Origin: a virus | Taxonomy: Duplodnaviria; Heunggongvirae; Uroviricota; Caudoviricetes | Length of the DNA: 30,850 nt | Virus record (IMG/VR): IMGVR_UViG_2563366976_000009 | Coordinates: 1 to 30,850 of that record | Strand: one strand, 5' to 3' | In this document: positions 18,996-27,904 of the stretch, piece after piece | How positions within the stretch are numbered: the stretch's first letter is position 1 | Layout: every line of letters starts with the position of its first letter | Program-made: the position numbers and the translations under genes | Notes under the pieces: model-generated | Seen by the model: the letters and a program-made list of their open reading frames with translations, nothing else | What the model was told of the DNA's origin: nothing | Database searches by the model: none

Positions 18996-19696
18996 TGGCT
19001 GATTCGAATCTCAACACCCCTGTTATTGTGCAGGCGACGCGGCTCGATACATCAATCCTTCCACGCAATATATTCAGCCAGTCTTACCTGCTGTATGTCA
19101 TTAATCAGGGGGCTGATGTCGGCGCAATTGCCGGGAAGGCAAATCAGGCTGGTCAGGGCGCTTACGATGCTCAGGTGAAAAACGATGAACAGGACGTCGA
19201 ACTGGCAGATCACGATTCAAGAATCACCGCAAACACAAAAGCGATAAATCTCCTTGAGGTCAGGTTAACAACCGCCGAAGGGAAGATAGTCGTACTGCGT
19301 AGCGATGTTGATTACTTGCTGGATGAGGTTATCGATATTCAGGCGCATCTGGTCACTGTTGACAAAAGACTGGATGGCGTAGAAAGCGATGTATCTGACA
19401 TTAAGAGTGATTACGTATCGAAAACCGTAACAGAATCGCAGTCTCTTGCGTCACCGCTGGATGTAAAAACATCATATTCAGTTGATGGAATTCAGGTTGT
19501 TGGAGCAAGAAATACCGGATGGACTGCAGCCACAGGTACGCCACTTCTTGGCTCATTCAACGCTAACCAGTCATACACTGTCGGCACTACGTACACACAA
19601 TCCGAAGTCGCAGCTATCGCTACAGGTTTGGAGCAGGCGCGGCAGCGTATTCTGGCGCTTGAAACAGCACTTAGATTACATGGGCTGATTGACTGA
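18995..19696 (+). CDS. Tail needle (plug) protein (P22 gp26-like).
   Basis: [36 protein letters not shown]…[27 protein letters not shown]… and the C-terminal …[48 protein letters not shown] match remembered P22 gp26. TAATG overlap with the upstream gene. Confidence 0.8.
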   Translation: MADSNLNTPVIVQATRLDTSILPRNIFSQSYLLYVINQGADVGAIAGKANQAGQGAYDAQVKNDEQDVELADHDSRITANTKAINLLEVRLTTAEGKIVVLRSDVDYLLDEVIDIQAHLVTVDKRLDGVESDVSDIKSDYVSKTVTESQSLASPLDVKTSYSVDGIQVVGARNTGWTAATGTPLLGSFNANQSYTVGTTYTQSEVAAIATGLEQARQRILALETALRLHGLID

Positions 19697-20151
19697 TGAT
19701 TACATTCAAACCAACACGAAACATCGACCTGATAGAAGCCGTGGGAAATCACCCTGACATTATTGCCGGGAGCAACAACGGTGATGGATACGACTACAAG
19801 CCTGAATGCCGTTACTTTGAGGTTAACGTGCACGGTCAGTTTGGCGGCATTGTTTACTATCAGGAGATTCAGCCGCTTACATTCGATTGCCACGCCATGT
19901 ACCTGCCAGAGGTTCGCGGATTCAGCAAGGAAATCGGGCTGGCGTTCTGGCGATACATTCTGACTAACACCACCGTTCAGTGCGTCACATCGTTCGCTGC
20001 ACGCAAATTCCGCCACGGGCAGATGTACTGCGCAATGATTGGCCTTAAGCGTGTAGGAACCATCAAGAAATACTTCAAAGGCGTGGATGACGTGACGTTT
20101 TACAGCGCCACACGCGAAGAACTAATCGACTTCCTGAATCACGGGAGATAG
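19696..20151 (+). CDS. P22 gp14-like head assembly protein (by synteny).
   Basis: 151 aa; ATG overlaps the upstream stop. Confidence 0.45.
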   Translation: MITFKPTRNIDLIEAVGNHPDIIAGSNNGDGYDYKPECRYFEVNVHGQFGGIVYYQEIQPLTFDCHAMYLPEVRGFSKEIGLAFWRYILTNTTVQCVTSFAARKFRHGQMYCAMIGLKRVGTIKKYFKGVDDVTFYSATREELIDFLNHGR

Positions 20152-20153
20152 CC

Positions 20154-20846
20154 ATGTTATATGCATTTAAGCTGGGCAGAAAACTGCGCGGCGAGGAACC
20201 TTATTGCCCTGAAAAAGGCGGGAAAGGTGGCAGTTCTGATAAAAGCGCAAAGTATGCAGCAGAAGCCCAGAAGTATGCTGCAGACCTGCAAAATCAGCAG
20301 TTCAACACCATCATGAATAACCTGAAGCCGTTTACTCCTCTGGCTGATAAGTATGTAGGCAGCCTCGAAAACTTATCGTCTCTGGAGGGGCAAAGTCAGG
20401 CACTTAACCAGTATTACAACTCTCAGCAGTATAAAGACCTTGCTGGTCAGGCGCGCTATCAGAGTCTGGCGGCAGCGGAAGCAACAGGTGGATTGGGTTC
20501 CACCGCAACCAGTAATCAGTTAGCAACAATCGCACCAACGCTTGGTCAGCAATGGCTGTCTGGACAAATGAACAATTACAACAACCTGGCAAATATCGGT
20601 CTTGGCGCTCTTCAGGGGCAGGCAAACGCCGGGCAGACATATGCCAACAACATGAGCCAGATTTCACAGCAAAGCGCGGCTCTTGCAGCGGCAAACGCCA
20701 ACCGACCGTCAGCATTGCGGCAGGGTGTTAGTGGTGCTGCATCCGGTGCGCTTTTGGGTGGTGGCATAGCCAGTGCTCTCGAGCTATCAACTCCGTGGGG
20801 TGCTGGTATCGGTGCTGGTCTTGGTCTGCTTGGCTCGTTGTTTTAA
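20154..20846 (+). CDS. Ejection (injection) protein, P22 gp7-like.
   Basis: 230 aa; Gly/Ala/Gln-rich low-complexity tail; synteny. Confidence 0.5.
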   Translation: MLYAFKLGRKLRGEEPYCPEKGGKGGSSDKSAKYAAEAQKYAADLQNQQFNTIMNNLKPFTPLADKYVGSLENLSSLEGQSQALNQYYNSQQYKDLAGQARYQSLAAAEATGGLGSTATSNQLATIAPTLGQQWLSGQMNNYNNLANIGLGALQGQANAGQTYANNMSQISQQSAALAAANANRPSALRQGVSGAASGALLGGGIASALELSTPWGAGIGAGLGLLGSLF

Positions 20847-20856
20847 GGGGTAATCA

Positions 20857-22308
20857 ATGGCTACGTGGCAACAGGGTATTAATTCTGGTGGTTTTCTGGC
20901 TGGCATCGGTACGCAAAATGAGAATGCGCCAAAGGCAAGCGACATTAACGCAACGCTTGGTCTGATCCGCGAAAACAATGAACTGGCTCGATCAGGTGCA
21001 AATAACGTTGCTCTGACAGGTCTTCGTGGTCTGGCTGGAGTTGCTGATATTTATAAGCAGCAGCAACAGCAGGAGCGTAAAGCGGCATTCCAGAAAGGTT
21101 ATGCGGATGCTTATGCGTCCGGCGACAGGGAGCAGATGCGTAATCTTATTACAGCATTCCCCGAAGAGTTTGAGGAAGTCCGTAAAGGCATGGGGTATGT
21201 CGATGACGCCCAGCGGGATGATTTTGGCAATCTGGCGCTTAAGGCTCAGGTCGCTTCGTCGCTTGGTCCGGGTGCATTTGGCAGGTTCATGATGGATAAC
21301 GAAAAGGAGATGCGTCGTTTAGGTATCCCTCCAGAAACTATTGCGGAAATGCAGGTTAATGACCCGCAGGGCTTCCAGCACTTCACAGGTAATCTGGCAC
21401 TATTTTCTCTCGGTCATGAGAAGTATTTCGATATCAAAGATCAAATGGAAGGTCGGGATATTGAGCGTGGCAAGTTGGCAGAGACGATTCGCAGCAATAA
21501 AGCTGGGGAAGGTTTAAAGGCGCAAAGCATTGCTGTTAGCCGTGAAAACTCCCTGCGCACTGCTGGAGGTGCTGTTCCTGCATCTGTTAAAGAATATCAA
21601 TATTTCAACAGCCTGTCTCCAGAGCAACAAAAGACATATCTTCGTGTTCGAGGTCGTCCTGATGCTGGCGGGGAGAATGTTGTGCAACTGGCAGATGGCA
21701 GAACGGTAACGGTTGGTAGGAAGCTTCACGGCGCTGGTGCTAATGCGTTCTACGAAGGAATAGACAACGAGGGCAATATGATTCGCGTCCCCGCCAGTTC
21801 TATTGCTGCTCCGGCTACATCGGCAGCTAATGCACAGAATTACGAAATGAAGAAAGATCTTGATGCAATTTCTGGCGCATCAATTGACGATCTTGGCTTC
21901 ATGACAGGTATTACAGGTTCTTCAGGTTCTTTTGCTCTTGGTGCAGATATTCGTAGCAGGGCATCTGGTGTTGAGGAGAGGAGGCTATACAACGCTGCAC
22001 AGCGAATCATGGGCAAAATGCAAAATCAGGGGATTGCAGCAGCCCGAGATATGGGGGCATCTGGCATCAACACCGAAGCAGAGGCCAATAGGTATTTTCA
22101 GGGTATGCCAAAGCCTGATTTCTCAAGTCCTGAAGCGCTGCAACAATCAATGCGCGACATTCAGCAATATACCGACAATTACAACCAGCAATATAACGTT
22201 AATGTTGGTAATGGCGGGAAGAAATCATCAAGGCAACAGCCAGCTACTCAGCAATCAGCAGGAGGTAGCTACACGTCAAAATCAGGCATTCAATTTACGG
22301 TGGAATGA
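20857..22308 (+). CDS. Ejection protein, P22 gp20-like.
   Basis: 483 aa; synteny. Confidence 0.5.
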   Translation: MATWQQGINSGGFLAGIGTQNENAPKASDINATLGLIRENNELARSGANNVALTGLRGLAGVADIYKQQQQQERKAAFQKGYADAYASGDREQMRNLITAFPEEFEEVRKGMGYVDDAQRDDFGNLALKAQVASSLGPGAFGRFMMDNEKEMRRLGIPPETIAEMQVNDPQGFQHFTGNLALFSLGHEKYFDIKDQMEGRDIERGKLAETIRSNKAGEGLKAQSIAVSRENSLRTAGGAVPASVKEYQYFNSLSPEQQKTYLRVRGRPDAGGENVVQLADGRTVTVGRKLHGAGANAFYEGIDNEGNMIRVPASSIAAPATSAANAQNYEMKKDLDAISGASIDDLGFMTGITGSSGSFALGADIRSRASGVEERRLYNAAQRIMGKMQNQGIAAARDMGASGINTEAEANRYFQGMPKPDFSSPEALQQSMRDIQQYTDNYNQQYNVNVGNGGKKSSRQQPATQQSAGGSYTSKSGIQFTVE

Positions 22309-24146
22309 TGAAAGTAACTGCAAACGGTAAGACATTTACCTTTCCTGATGGTACGAGCACCGAAGATATTGGCACCGCCATTGATGAGTATTTTGCTGGT
22401 CAGGCTGTTCAGCAACAAACAGTTAATCAGGCCAATAATGCACCAACACGGGAAGAACCATCATTGATGCAACAAGCTGGCGATTGGCTCACTGGTGGTC
22501 AAAGTGCAGGGCAAATTGCAGAACAGGCTGGTCGTGGTCTGGTAAACATACCATTTGACGTATTGCAGGGCGGCGCAAGTCTGATTAATGCAATCAGCCA
22601 GGGGCTTGGTGGACCCAAGGTTTTGGATGATGTTTATCGTCCAGTAGACAGACCGACAGACCCCTACGCACAAGCCGGTGAAACAATTGGTGGGTATTTA
22701 GTTCCAGGAGTTGGAACGGCAGGAAGCATGGCTATTGGATCACTGGCAGAGGCCGCAAATCAGAAAGGCGATTTCGCACAAAATGCAGCTAAAAATGCCG
22801 GAGTTAACCTTGCCGCTCAGGGTGTTCTTTCCGCCGCAGCAAAGGGAATAGGGCGTGGAATAACGGCTATAAAAGGTGATATTGCGCCAGAAGTGGCGAA
22901 GAAAATTGCCACATCAGAATCGATGGGCGTGACACCAATGACATCTGATGTTATCCCGCCGAAAAATGCTTTCACTCGCGGCCTTACTCAGGATGCCGAG
23001 GGGGCTTTGCTCGGGACAGGCTCAAAGCGAGCGGAGCAATATGCAACGCGTAGTAAGCTGGTAAGTAATTATTTTGACCGTTTTGGTGAGTACAACCCTG
23101 ATGATGTGGTGAAATCTCTGACCACCACGTTAAGGGGGAGGAAGGATGCCGCTGGCGCTGTTATCAATGACGTCACCAATAAAATGGGTAATGCCGCAGT
23201 TGATACCACAAATACCATGAATGCTCTGAATACAGCGATCGCAAGACAGGAACGACTTGGGACGTCTGCCAATCAAAGCCTGCTTACATCCTTGCGTAAC
23301 CTACGTGAAGAATTAGCAAACCCTGCAACTGATTTGGATGTTACGTTTGATCTCTTGCGTCAGCACAGAACAGCATTTAGATCTAATGTTCAGGGAGATG
23401 CTATGGTCTTCCCCAACCAGGCAAAAGCAGCTACCAATATGGTAGAGAATGCAATGTCAAAAGACCTTCGTAACGCAGTTGCTAAAAACCTCGGTGCATC
23501 AGACGCAGCAAAATACCTTAAAGCAAATTCCGATTATGCAAACGTTTATAATAAGGTGCTTAATAAAAACATTGCTAACAAACTCAACAAGGCAAGCAGT
23601 GAAGCCAGTCCTGAACTTATAAATACCGTTGTATTAAGCAGAAAACCATCTGACGTGAAACGAATCTGGAGCGCACTGGATGATAAAGGGAAAGATGCTA
23701 TGCGTGCAGCTTACGTCAGCAAAATAGCGGAAAAGGCCGGTGACTCTCCAGCCAAGTTCATCACTGAAGTTAATAAGCTGAAATCTCAGTCAGGCGGTGA
23801 AATTTACAACACTATTTTTTCTGGAAAGCACATGAAAGAACTTGATGCTCTTCATGAAGTTCTGCAGCAAACAGCAAGGTCAGACACCGCAAATGTAGTA
23901 ACTCAGACGGGGCAATCGCAAGCCAACAGGATAAGGACGATTGGCGCAACTGCGACTCTTGGCGTATCAATGGGGCTTGAGGCTGGTTTCGGTGCAATGA
24001 TGCGCTTGTATGAGTCCAAAGCAGCAAGGAATGCGCTCTTACGTCTGGCAAACACCAAAGCAGGAACACCAGCCTATGAAAGAGCGTTGAGTAACGCTGC
24101 AAATGCCATCAGGCCGCTGCTTGCTACTGAGGCAACACAGCAGTAA
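22305..24146 (+). CDS. Ejection protein, P22 gp16-like.
   Basis: 613 aa; ATGA overlap with the upstream gene; synteny. Confidence 0.5.
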   Translation: MMKVTANGKTFTFPDGTSTEDIGTAIDEYFAGQAVQQQTVNQANNAPTREEPSLMQQAGDWLTGGQSAGQIAEQAGRGLVNIPFDVLQGGASLINAISQGLGGPKVLDDVYRPVDRPTDPYAQAGETIGGYLVPGVGTAGSMAIGSLAEAANQKGDFAQNAAKNAGVNLAAQGVLSAAAKGIGRGITAIKGDIAPEVAKKIATSESMGVTPMTSDVIPPKNAFTRGLTQDAEGALLGTGSKRAEQYATRSKLVSNYFDRFGEYNPDDVVKSLTTTLRGRKDAAGAVINDVTNKMGNAAVDTTNTMNALNTAIARQERLGTSANQSLLTSLRNLREELANPATDLDVTFDLLRQHRTAFRSNVQGDAMVFPNQAKAATNMVENAMSKDLRNAVAKNLGASDAAKYLKANSDYANVYNKVLNKNIANKLNKASSEASPELINTVVLSRKPSDVKRIWSALDDKGKDAMRAAYVSKIAEKAGDSPAKFITEVNKLKSQSGGEIYNTIFSGKHMKELDALHEVLQQTARSDTANVVTQTGQSQANRIRTIGATATLGVSMGLEAGFGAMMRLYESKAARNALLRLANTKAGTPAYERALSNAANAIRPLLATEATQQ

Positions 24147-24170
24147 CGTATGGGGAATTGGATTCAATCG

Positions 24171-24560
24171 TTAACATTTTCTTTTTACTTTTCCAACAAA
24201 AGCTTTGGTTGAATCCATATTCCCATAACCAGAAATGGTTTTTGACATTAAAACTGTTCCAGTAGGATGTATTACCCATGAGTCGATAACGCGTTGAGTT
24301 TCGCCATTCGCGCCGATTCCTATGATGGAGTTTTTAGACAATGCTTTGTAAGCCATGCCGTCCGCATCTGTCCCAGAATATGTGATGCTGGCATCTTCAC
24401 CGCTTGTCTTAATGATGAATGTTCCACTAAAACCATCTTCTTCCGGATGGAAATTATTTCGTTCTGAATAGCTTATTCCGCGCATATCTCCAACGACCCA
24501 GCACTCTGCTGTAGCCCCAAAAGATATGAATAAGAACATAGCAGCAAGAAATTGCTTCAC
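24171..24560 (-). CDS. Secreted (signal-peptide) protein of unknown function, about 129 aa, in the cargo island.
   Basis: GTG start with AAGGAG RBS 6 nt upstream on the minus strand. N-terminus MKQFLAAMFLFISFGATA/ECW… is a signal-peptidase-I type signal. One Cys near the mature N-terminus and one at the extreme C-terminus. Confidence 0.5.
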   Translation of the reverse strand: MKQFLAAMFLFISFGATAECWVVGDMRGISYSERNNFHPEEDGFSGTFIIKTSGEDASITYSGTDADGMAYKALSKNSIIGIGANGETQRVIDSWVIHPTGTVLMSKTISGYGNMDSTKAFVGKVKRKC

Positions 24561-24590
24561 ACCAAGCTCCTTAGTTTTGAGCAGGATACC

Positions 24591-24956
24591 ATGAAAAAAG
24601 TTAACATTGGAAACGTACCAAAGATGCTCGTTCCGCTCTTTGAGAGCGGTACAATTGTGTTTTGTAGAGACTTTCCAGAATGGCAACGCCTGCATCAAAA
24701 ACTTGGCGTTGACGTGCATGACTCGGACGCCAACGGAGCGTCTCATACAATGAGCAGCGAGAATGGTGTTTTGCATGTGATAGGCGTGTTCAATGGCAAA
24801 CTATCTACTATTGCCCATGAGTGCGCTCACATGGCATTCGATATCTGCTCAAGGGTCGGTGTTGATGTTGAACCAGGAAGAGCCAATGAGACTTACTGCT
24901 ACTTAATGAGCAGGCTTGTTGAGTTCTGCGAGCGACATATCAAAAAGCCGGAGTGA
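24591..24956 (+). CDS. Small HExxH protein (121 aa), putative zinc metallopeptidase of the ImmA/IrrE (M78)-like type.
   Basis: Motif STIAHECAHMAFD followed about 14 residues later by E…ANE. Divergent from the secreted-protein gene, with only about 30 bp between start codons. Confidence 0.45.
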   Translation: MKKVNIGNVPKMLVPLFESGTIVFCRDFPEWQRLHQKLGVDVHDSDANGASHTMSSENGVLHVIGVFNGKLSTIAHECAHMAFDICSRVGVDVEPGRANETYCYLMSRLVEFCERHIKKPE

Positions 24957-24963
24957 CCCGGCT
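24941..24963 (-). terminator. Rho-independent terminator for the minus-strand small gene, overlapping the stop codon of the + strand HExxH gene.
   Basis: AGCCGG-agtgac-CCGGCT stem with the U-run on the minus strand (plus-strand AAAAA at 24942-24946). Confidence 0.5.
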
Positions 24964-24969
24964 TGAGTA

Positions 24970-25149
24970 TTACTTTTTGCTGTCTGGAGTTCGCTTATCC
25001 AATACCCAGCCATGACCTGGCTTTGTTGTTGGTGGAAGCCTTTCGTTGTCCTTGACGGTTGCAAAATTGTCTTTCTTACCGCCGCGTGGGCCAACTTCTT
25101 GGTATATTCCGCCGTTTTTTCCTGTGTTTTCACCTGGTTTTTTCGCCAT
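24970..25149 (-). CDS. Small hydrophilic Gly/Lys-rich protein (59 aa), YjzC-like.
   Basis: MAKKPGENTGKNGGIYQEVGPRGG… resembles the YjzC-type small-protein pattern. GAGG RBS; candidate promoter TTGACT-17-AATATT upstream on the minus strand. Confidence 0.4.
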   Translation of the reverse strand: MAKKPGENTGKNGGIYQEVGPRGGKKDNFATVKDNERLPPTTKPGHGWVLDKRTPDSKK

Positions 25150-25240
25150 GATATACCTCAACATATACCCGTTATTGGGCGATTAAATATTGATCTCATT
25201 TTATAAGTAGTCAATATGGCCCAGGTAAATGCAAAAATTA

Positions 25241-25264
25241 ACCCACCGTCAGGTGGGTTTTTTT
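25241..25264 (+). terminator. Strong, probably bidirectional, rho-independent terminator.
   Basis: ACCCACC-gtca-GGTGGGT stem followed by TTTTTT on the + strand and preceded by an A-run (U-run for the minus strand). Confidence 0.65.
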
Positions 25265-25296
25265 ATCTTCTCTACTTTAAAGATTAAGGAAATACC

Positions 25297-25482
25297 ATGA
25301 CCATAGAAGAACGTCTGAACAACATTGAGTTGAATCAAACCCTGCTTGACCAGCGACTTTCAGATCTTGAGCTTAAAGATCTAGATGTGCAAATATCAGA
25401 AGCAGAAGCCAAGCTCTCCAGCTTAAACCACCGCAGGAAGCAAATCCGCGACAGAATTACTCGTGGACGCGGAGGCTGTTAA
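25297..25482 (+). CDS. Hypothetical 61-aa coiled-coil protein.
   Basis: AAGGAAA RBS before the ATG; heptad-like leucine spacing; no family recognised. Confidence 0.35.
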   Translation: MTIEERLNNIELNQTLLDQRLSDLELKDLDVQISEAEAKLSSLNHRRKQIRDRITRGRGGC

Positions 25483-25559
25483 GGTGTGATGGTAATCCTT
25501 GCTCACTAAATTTAAGGATGCGAATCTTTCCGGCCATAGGAGTAATCATGATTTACCCA

Positions 25560-26096
25560 TCAAACAACCCACCAGTTTGCCTGATTGGATACCAGCCTTG
25601 CAGTTTTTATGGAATTAATTATGCCATGCTCAAGAGCCTTGTTAGCATCCAAAATGGTCGAGTCTGCTATCAGGGATGCCCACCTAATATGGGTTCCGAT
25701 GTCGATATTGAACGTCTCAACGAAGCGATCAAGATCGTTATCGAGGCATTTCCCGTACTCTCTCAATCTGGCATGGTCGGCGGCTGGGGAGGCAAAGCAC
25801 CATAATAGAGGATGTAACAGGAATCTTGATAATGGGTTTGCGAAACGTTCTGAGCCAGCCAGGAAAACGATATTAGCTATGGATTCAACATTGCTTATGT
25901 TGTGAGTTCTAACGGTAACAGGGAGTGACTTAAGAAAGTTATACGCAGTAAAGCCAGCGGCAGTTTCCCCTCCCTGACTTGATATATGGATATTTAATTC
26001 AGTTGCGCCTTGAGATAATGCGGTGAGACAGTGGTTCTGAAGTTGCCCAACAGTGGCAGTGTTAACGGGGCATAAGAAATGAATTGTGTGCAGCAT
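25560..26096 (-). CDS. ClpP-fold (Clp protease-like) serine protease, 178 aa, translationally coupled to mnt.
   Basis: …IHISSQGGETAAGFTAYNFLKSLPVTVRTHNISNVESIANIVFLAGSERFANPLSRFLLHPL… aligns with the ClpP core (INSPGG…TAG…GQAASMG…LPNSRxMIHQP). The Ser and His positions appear conserved. Its ATG overlaps the mnt stop (TAATG). Confidence 0.6.
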   Translation of the reverse strand: MLHTIHFLCPVNTATVGQLQNHCLTALSQGATELNIHISSQGGETAAGFTAYNFLKSLPVTVRTHNISNVESIANIVFLAGSERFANPLSRFLLHPLLWCFASPAADHARLREYGKCLDNDLDRFVETFNIDIGTHIRWASLIADSTILDANKALEHGIINSIKTARLVSNQANWWVV

Positions 26097-26350
26097 TATT
26101 TATCATCCTTGCCATAAATCTTTTTAAGTGTCTCAAACACAACGGCCTTGAACTGCTCTGCTTGCTGATCAGCCAAGCGTTCAGCTTCGTCTCGATAGCC
26201 TGCAATCGGTGATGGCTTTGAGAGAGCATCCTGAACGATTTGTAATAACTCAGAGTTCATTGACCTTCCGTTAGCCTCTGCTCTTAATTTCAATTTTTCT
26301 CTTACTTCCAAAGGCATACGGAAGTTAAAGTGCGGATCGTTTCTAGCCAT
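26096..26350 (-). CDS. mnt: Mnt repressor (ribbon-helix-helix), P22 Mnt-like.
   Basis: MARNDPHFNFRMPLEVREKLKLRAEANGRSMNSELLQIVQDALSKPSP… near-identical to remembered P22 Mnt. Confidence 0.85.
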   Translation of the reverse strand: MARNDPHFNFRMPLEVREKLKLRAEANGRSMNSELLQIVQDALSKPSPIAGYRDEAERLADQQAEQFKAVVFETLKKIYGKDDK

Positions 26351-26440
26351 GCCATCACCCCAAGTTAGTGTATTGACATGATAGAAGCACTCTACTATAT
26401 TCTCAATAGGTCCACAGTGGACCTATATTGTGAGGTAAAT
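26351..26440. promoter_or_regulatory. immI control region. Pant (-35 TTGACA 26373-26378, -10 TATATT 26396-26401); Arc operator ATGATAGAAGCACTCTACTAT (26378-26398); Mnt operator palindrome AGGTCCACAGTGGACCT (26408-26424); divergent Pmnt on the minus strand (TTGAGA-17-TATCAT).
   Basis: Sequence matches the remembered P22 Pant/Oarc/Omnt arrangement; hexamers and palindromes read directly. Confidence 0.7.
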
Positions 26441-26599
26441 ATGAAAGGAATGAGCAAAATGCCGCAGTTCAATTTGCGGTGGCCTAAAGAAGTATTGGAT
26501 TTGGTGCGTAAGGTGGCGGAAGAGAACGGGCGATCTGTTAACTCTGAGATTTACAAGCGAGTGTTGGACAGCCTGAAGAGAGAGGGGATAACGGTATGA
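26441..26599 (+). CDS. arc: Arc repressor (ribbon-helix-helix).
   Basis: MKGMSKMPQFNLRWPKEVLDLVRKVAEENGRSVNSEIYKRVLDSLKREGITV matches remembered P22 Arc. The ORF-track start at 26378 is an upstream extension through the operator region. Confidence 0.9.
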   Translation: MKGMSKMPQFNLRWPKEVLDLVRKVAEENGRSVNSEIYKRVLDSLKREGITV

Positions 26600-26817
26600 G
26601 GTTTATTGAGGTTGATGAGATTGGCTATGAGAATGCACTTGGTAGAGGTAAATCTTTAGTTAACATTGATGGCATTGAATCGATAAGGAGTGGTGAATTT
26701 ACGGAGATCAGAATGATGTCAGGCGGAATCATTCCTTGCCGTGATTCAGTAGAGTCAATCAAATCAAAAATGAGTGGTCAGTGGCTTTATAGCTACAGTG
26801 ACTTACAAAAACAGTGA
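26596..26817 (+). CDS. Hypothetical 73-aa protein inserted between arc and ant, with ATGA overlap to the arc stop.
   Basis: ORF read from the sequence; no family recognised; not part of the canonical P22 immI gene set as I remember it. Confidence 0.4.
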   Translation: MRFIEVDEIGYENALGRGKSLVNIDGIESIRSGEFTEIRMMSGGIIPCRDSVESIKSKMSGQWLYSYSDLQKQ

Positions 26818-26880
26818 AGCCCCAACTGCGGGAACAGTCAGGGCTTCGGTATCGTAAAACCACGCATAGGAATTAACGAC

Positions 26881-27804
26881 ATGACGAGTGTAGCAATTGC
26901 AGAACATACAATCAACGTTCCATTCCACGGAACAAATCTCTTTTTGGTCAGCATTAACAATGAACCTTACGTTCCTATGAAACCCGTTGTAGAAGGCATG
27001 GGTATGGTTTGGGCTGCTCAATTTGTTAAATTAAAACAGAGATTTGTCAAAGGTATTTCGGAAATCGAAATACCTTCTGCTGGCGGTAAACAGTTAATGA
27101 TATGCCTTGCCTTTCGTAAGTTTGCGGCTTGGCTTTCAAGCATTCAGCCAAACAAAGTCCGCCCTGAAATCCGCGACAAGGTAATCCAGTATCAGGAAGA
27201 GTGTGACGATGTGCTCTACGAGTACTGGACTAAAGGCCATGTGGTTAACCCGCGCAAAGCTAAAAAGGCATTGCCGGGGAAAATCACCACTGAACAGCAG
27301 GAAGCCATTAAACAACTCGTCATGAGTCGCGGTCAGTCTCTGCCAAAAGAAAAACAGGCTAAGGCGATGATCACCATGTGGTCGTCACTGAAATCCCATT
27401 TTGGGTGTTCATACAAAGAAATCAGCGAGGAGCAGTTTACCGAAGCTCTGTCACTTGCTGCTCGCGTTCCGCTTGAAGGTGAGTTCATTGGCAAACAAGA
27501 GAAGAAAACCAACGAGCTTTCTGCAAAAGAAGCAAACAGCCTTGTATGGTTATGGGATTATGCCAACCGTTCACAGGCATTATTCCGCGAATTGTATCCG
27601 GCGCTAAAACAAATTCAATCGAACTATTCAGGCAGATGTCATGACTGCGGTTATGAGTTCTCCCGTATTATCGATATGGCGAGAGATGTTTTAATCAACC
27701 ATACACGAGATGTTGATATTAATGAGCCAGGCGGACCGACGAACCTTTCAGCATGGATAAGACTTAAGAATAAAGAATTACCTCCTTCAGTACATAACTA
27801 CTGA
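26881..27804 (+). CDS. ant: Antirepressor Ant.
   Basis: N-terminal …VPFHGTNLFLV…PYVPMKPVVEGMGMVW…PEIRDKVIQYQEECDDVLYEYWTKG parallels remembered P22 Ant; position after arc. Confidence 0.8.
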   Translation: MTSVAIAEHTINVPFHGTNLFLVSINNEPYVPMKPVVEGMGMVWAAQFVKLKQRFVKGISEIEIPSAGGKQLMICLAFRKFAAWLSSIQPNKVRPEIRDKVIQYQEECDDVLYEYWTKGHVVNPRKAKKALPGKITTEQQEAIKQLVMSRGQSLPKEKQAKAMITMWSSLKSHFGCSYKEISEEQFTEALSLAARVPLEGEFIGKQEKKTNELSAKEANSLVWLWDYANRSQALFRELYPALKQIQSNYSGRCHDCGYEFSRIIDMARDVLINHTRDVDINEPGGPTNLSAWIRLKNKELPPSVHNY

Positions 27805-27822
27805 CAGATAACCAACGCAACG

Positions 27823-27847
27823 ACCCAGCTTCGGCTGGGTTTTTTTA
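27823..27847 (+). terminator. Rho-independent terminator after ant.
   Basis: ACCCAGC-ttcg-GCTGGGT stem followed by TTTTTTT. Confidence 0.7.
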
Positions 27848-27904
27848 TGCCCAAAATTCACCGTAGCCATGCTGCGGCGATTCCTTGTGTCTGGAGCAAA
27901 TTAA

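Noticed and set aside
25150-25265. Candidate small RNA (promoter-like hexamers plus the terminator at 25241-25264) in the immI-proximal intergenic region.
   Set aside because: The better promoter match (TTGACT-17-AATATT) is on the minus strand and fits the YjzC-like gene. The terminator is adequately explained as a bidirectional stop for flanking transcripts.
25518-25805. 95-aa + strand ORF.
   Set aside because: Lies antisense within the well-supported ClpP-like gene; no RBS; low-complexity translation.
25560-26096. ClpP-like gene considered as a prohead (head-maturation) protease.
   Set aside because: It is on the opposite strand, about 9 kb from the portal/scaffold/coat genes, and coupled to mnt. 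P22-type assembly does not use a prohead protease.
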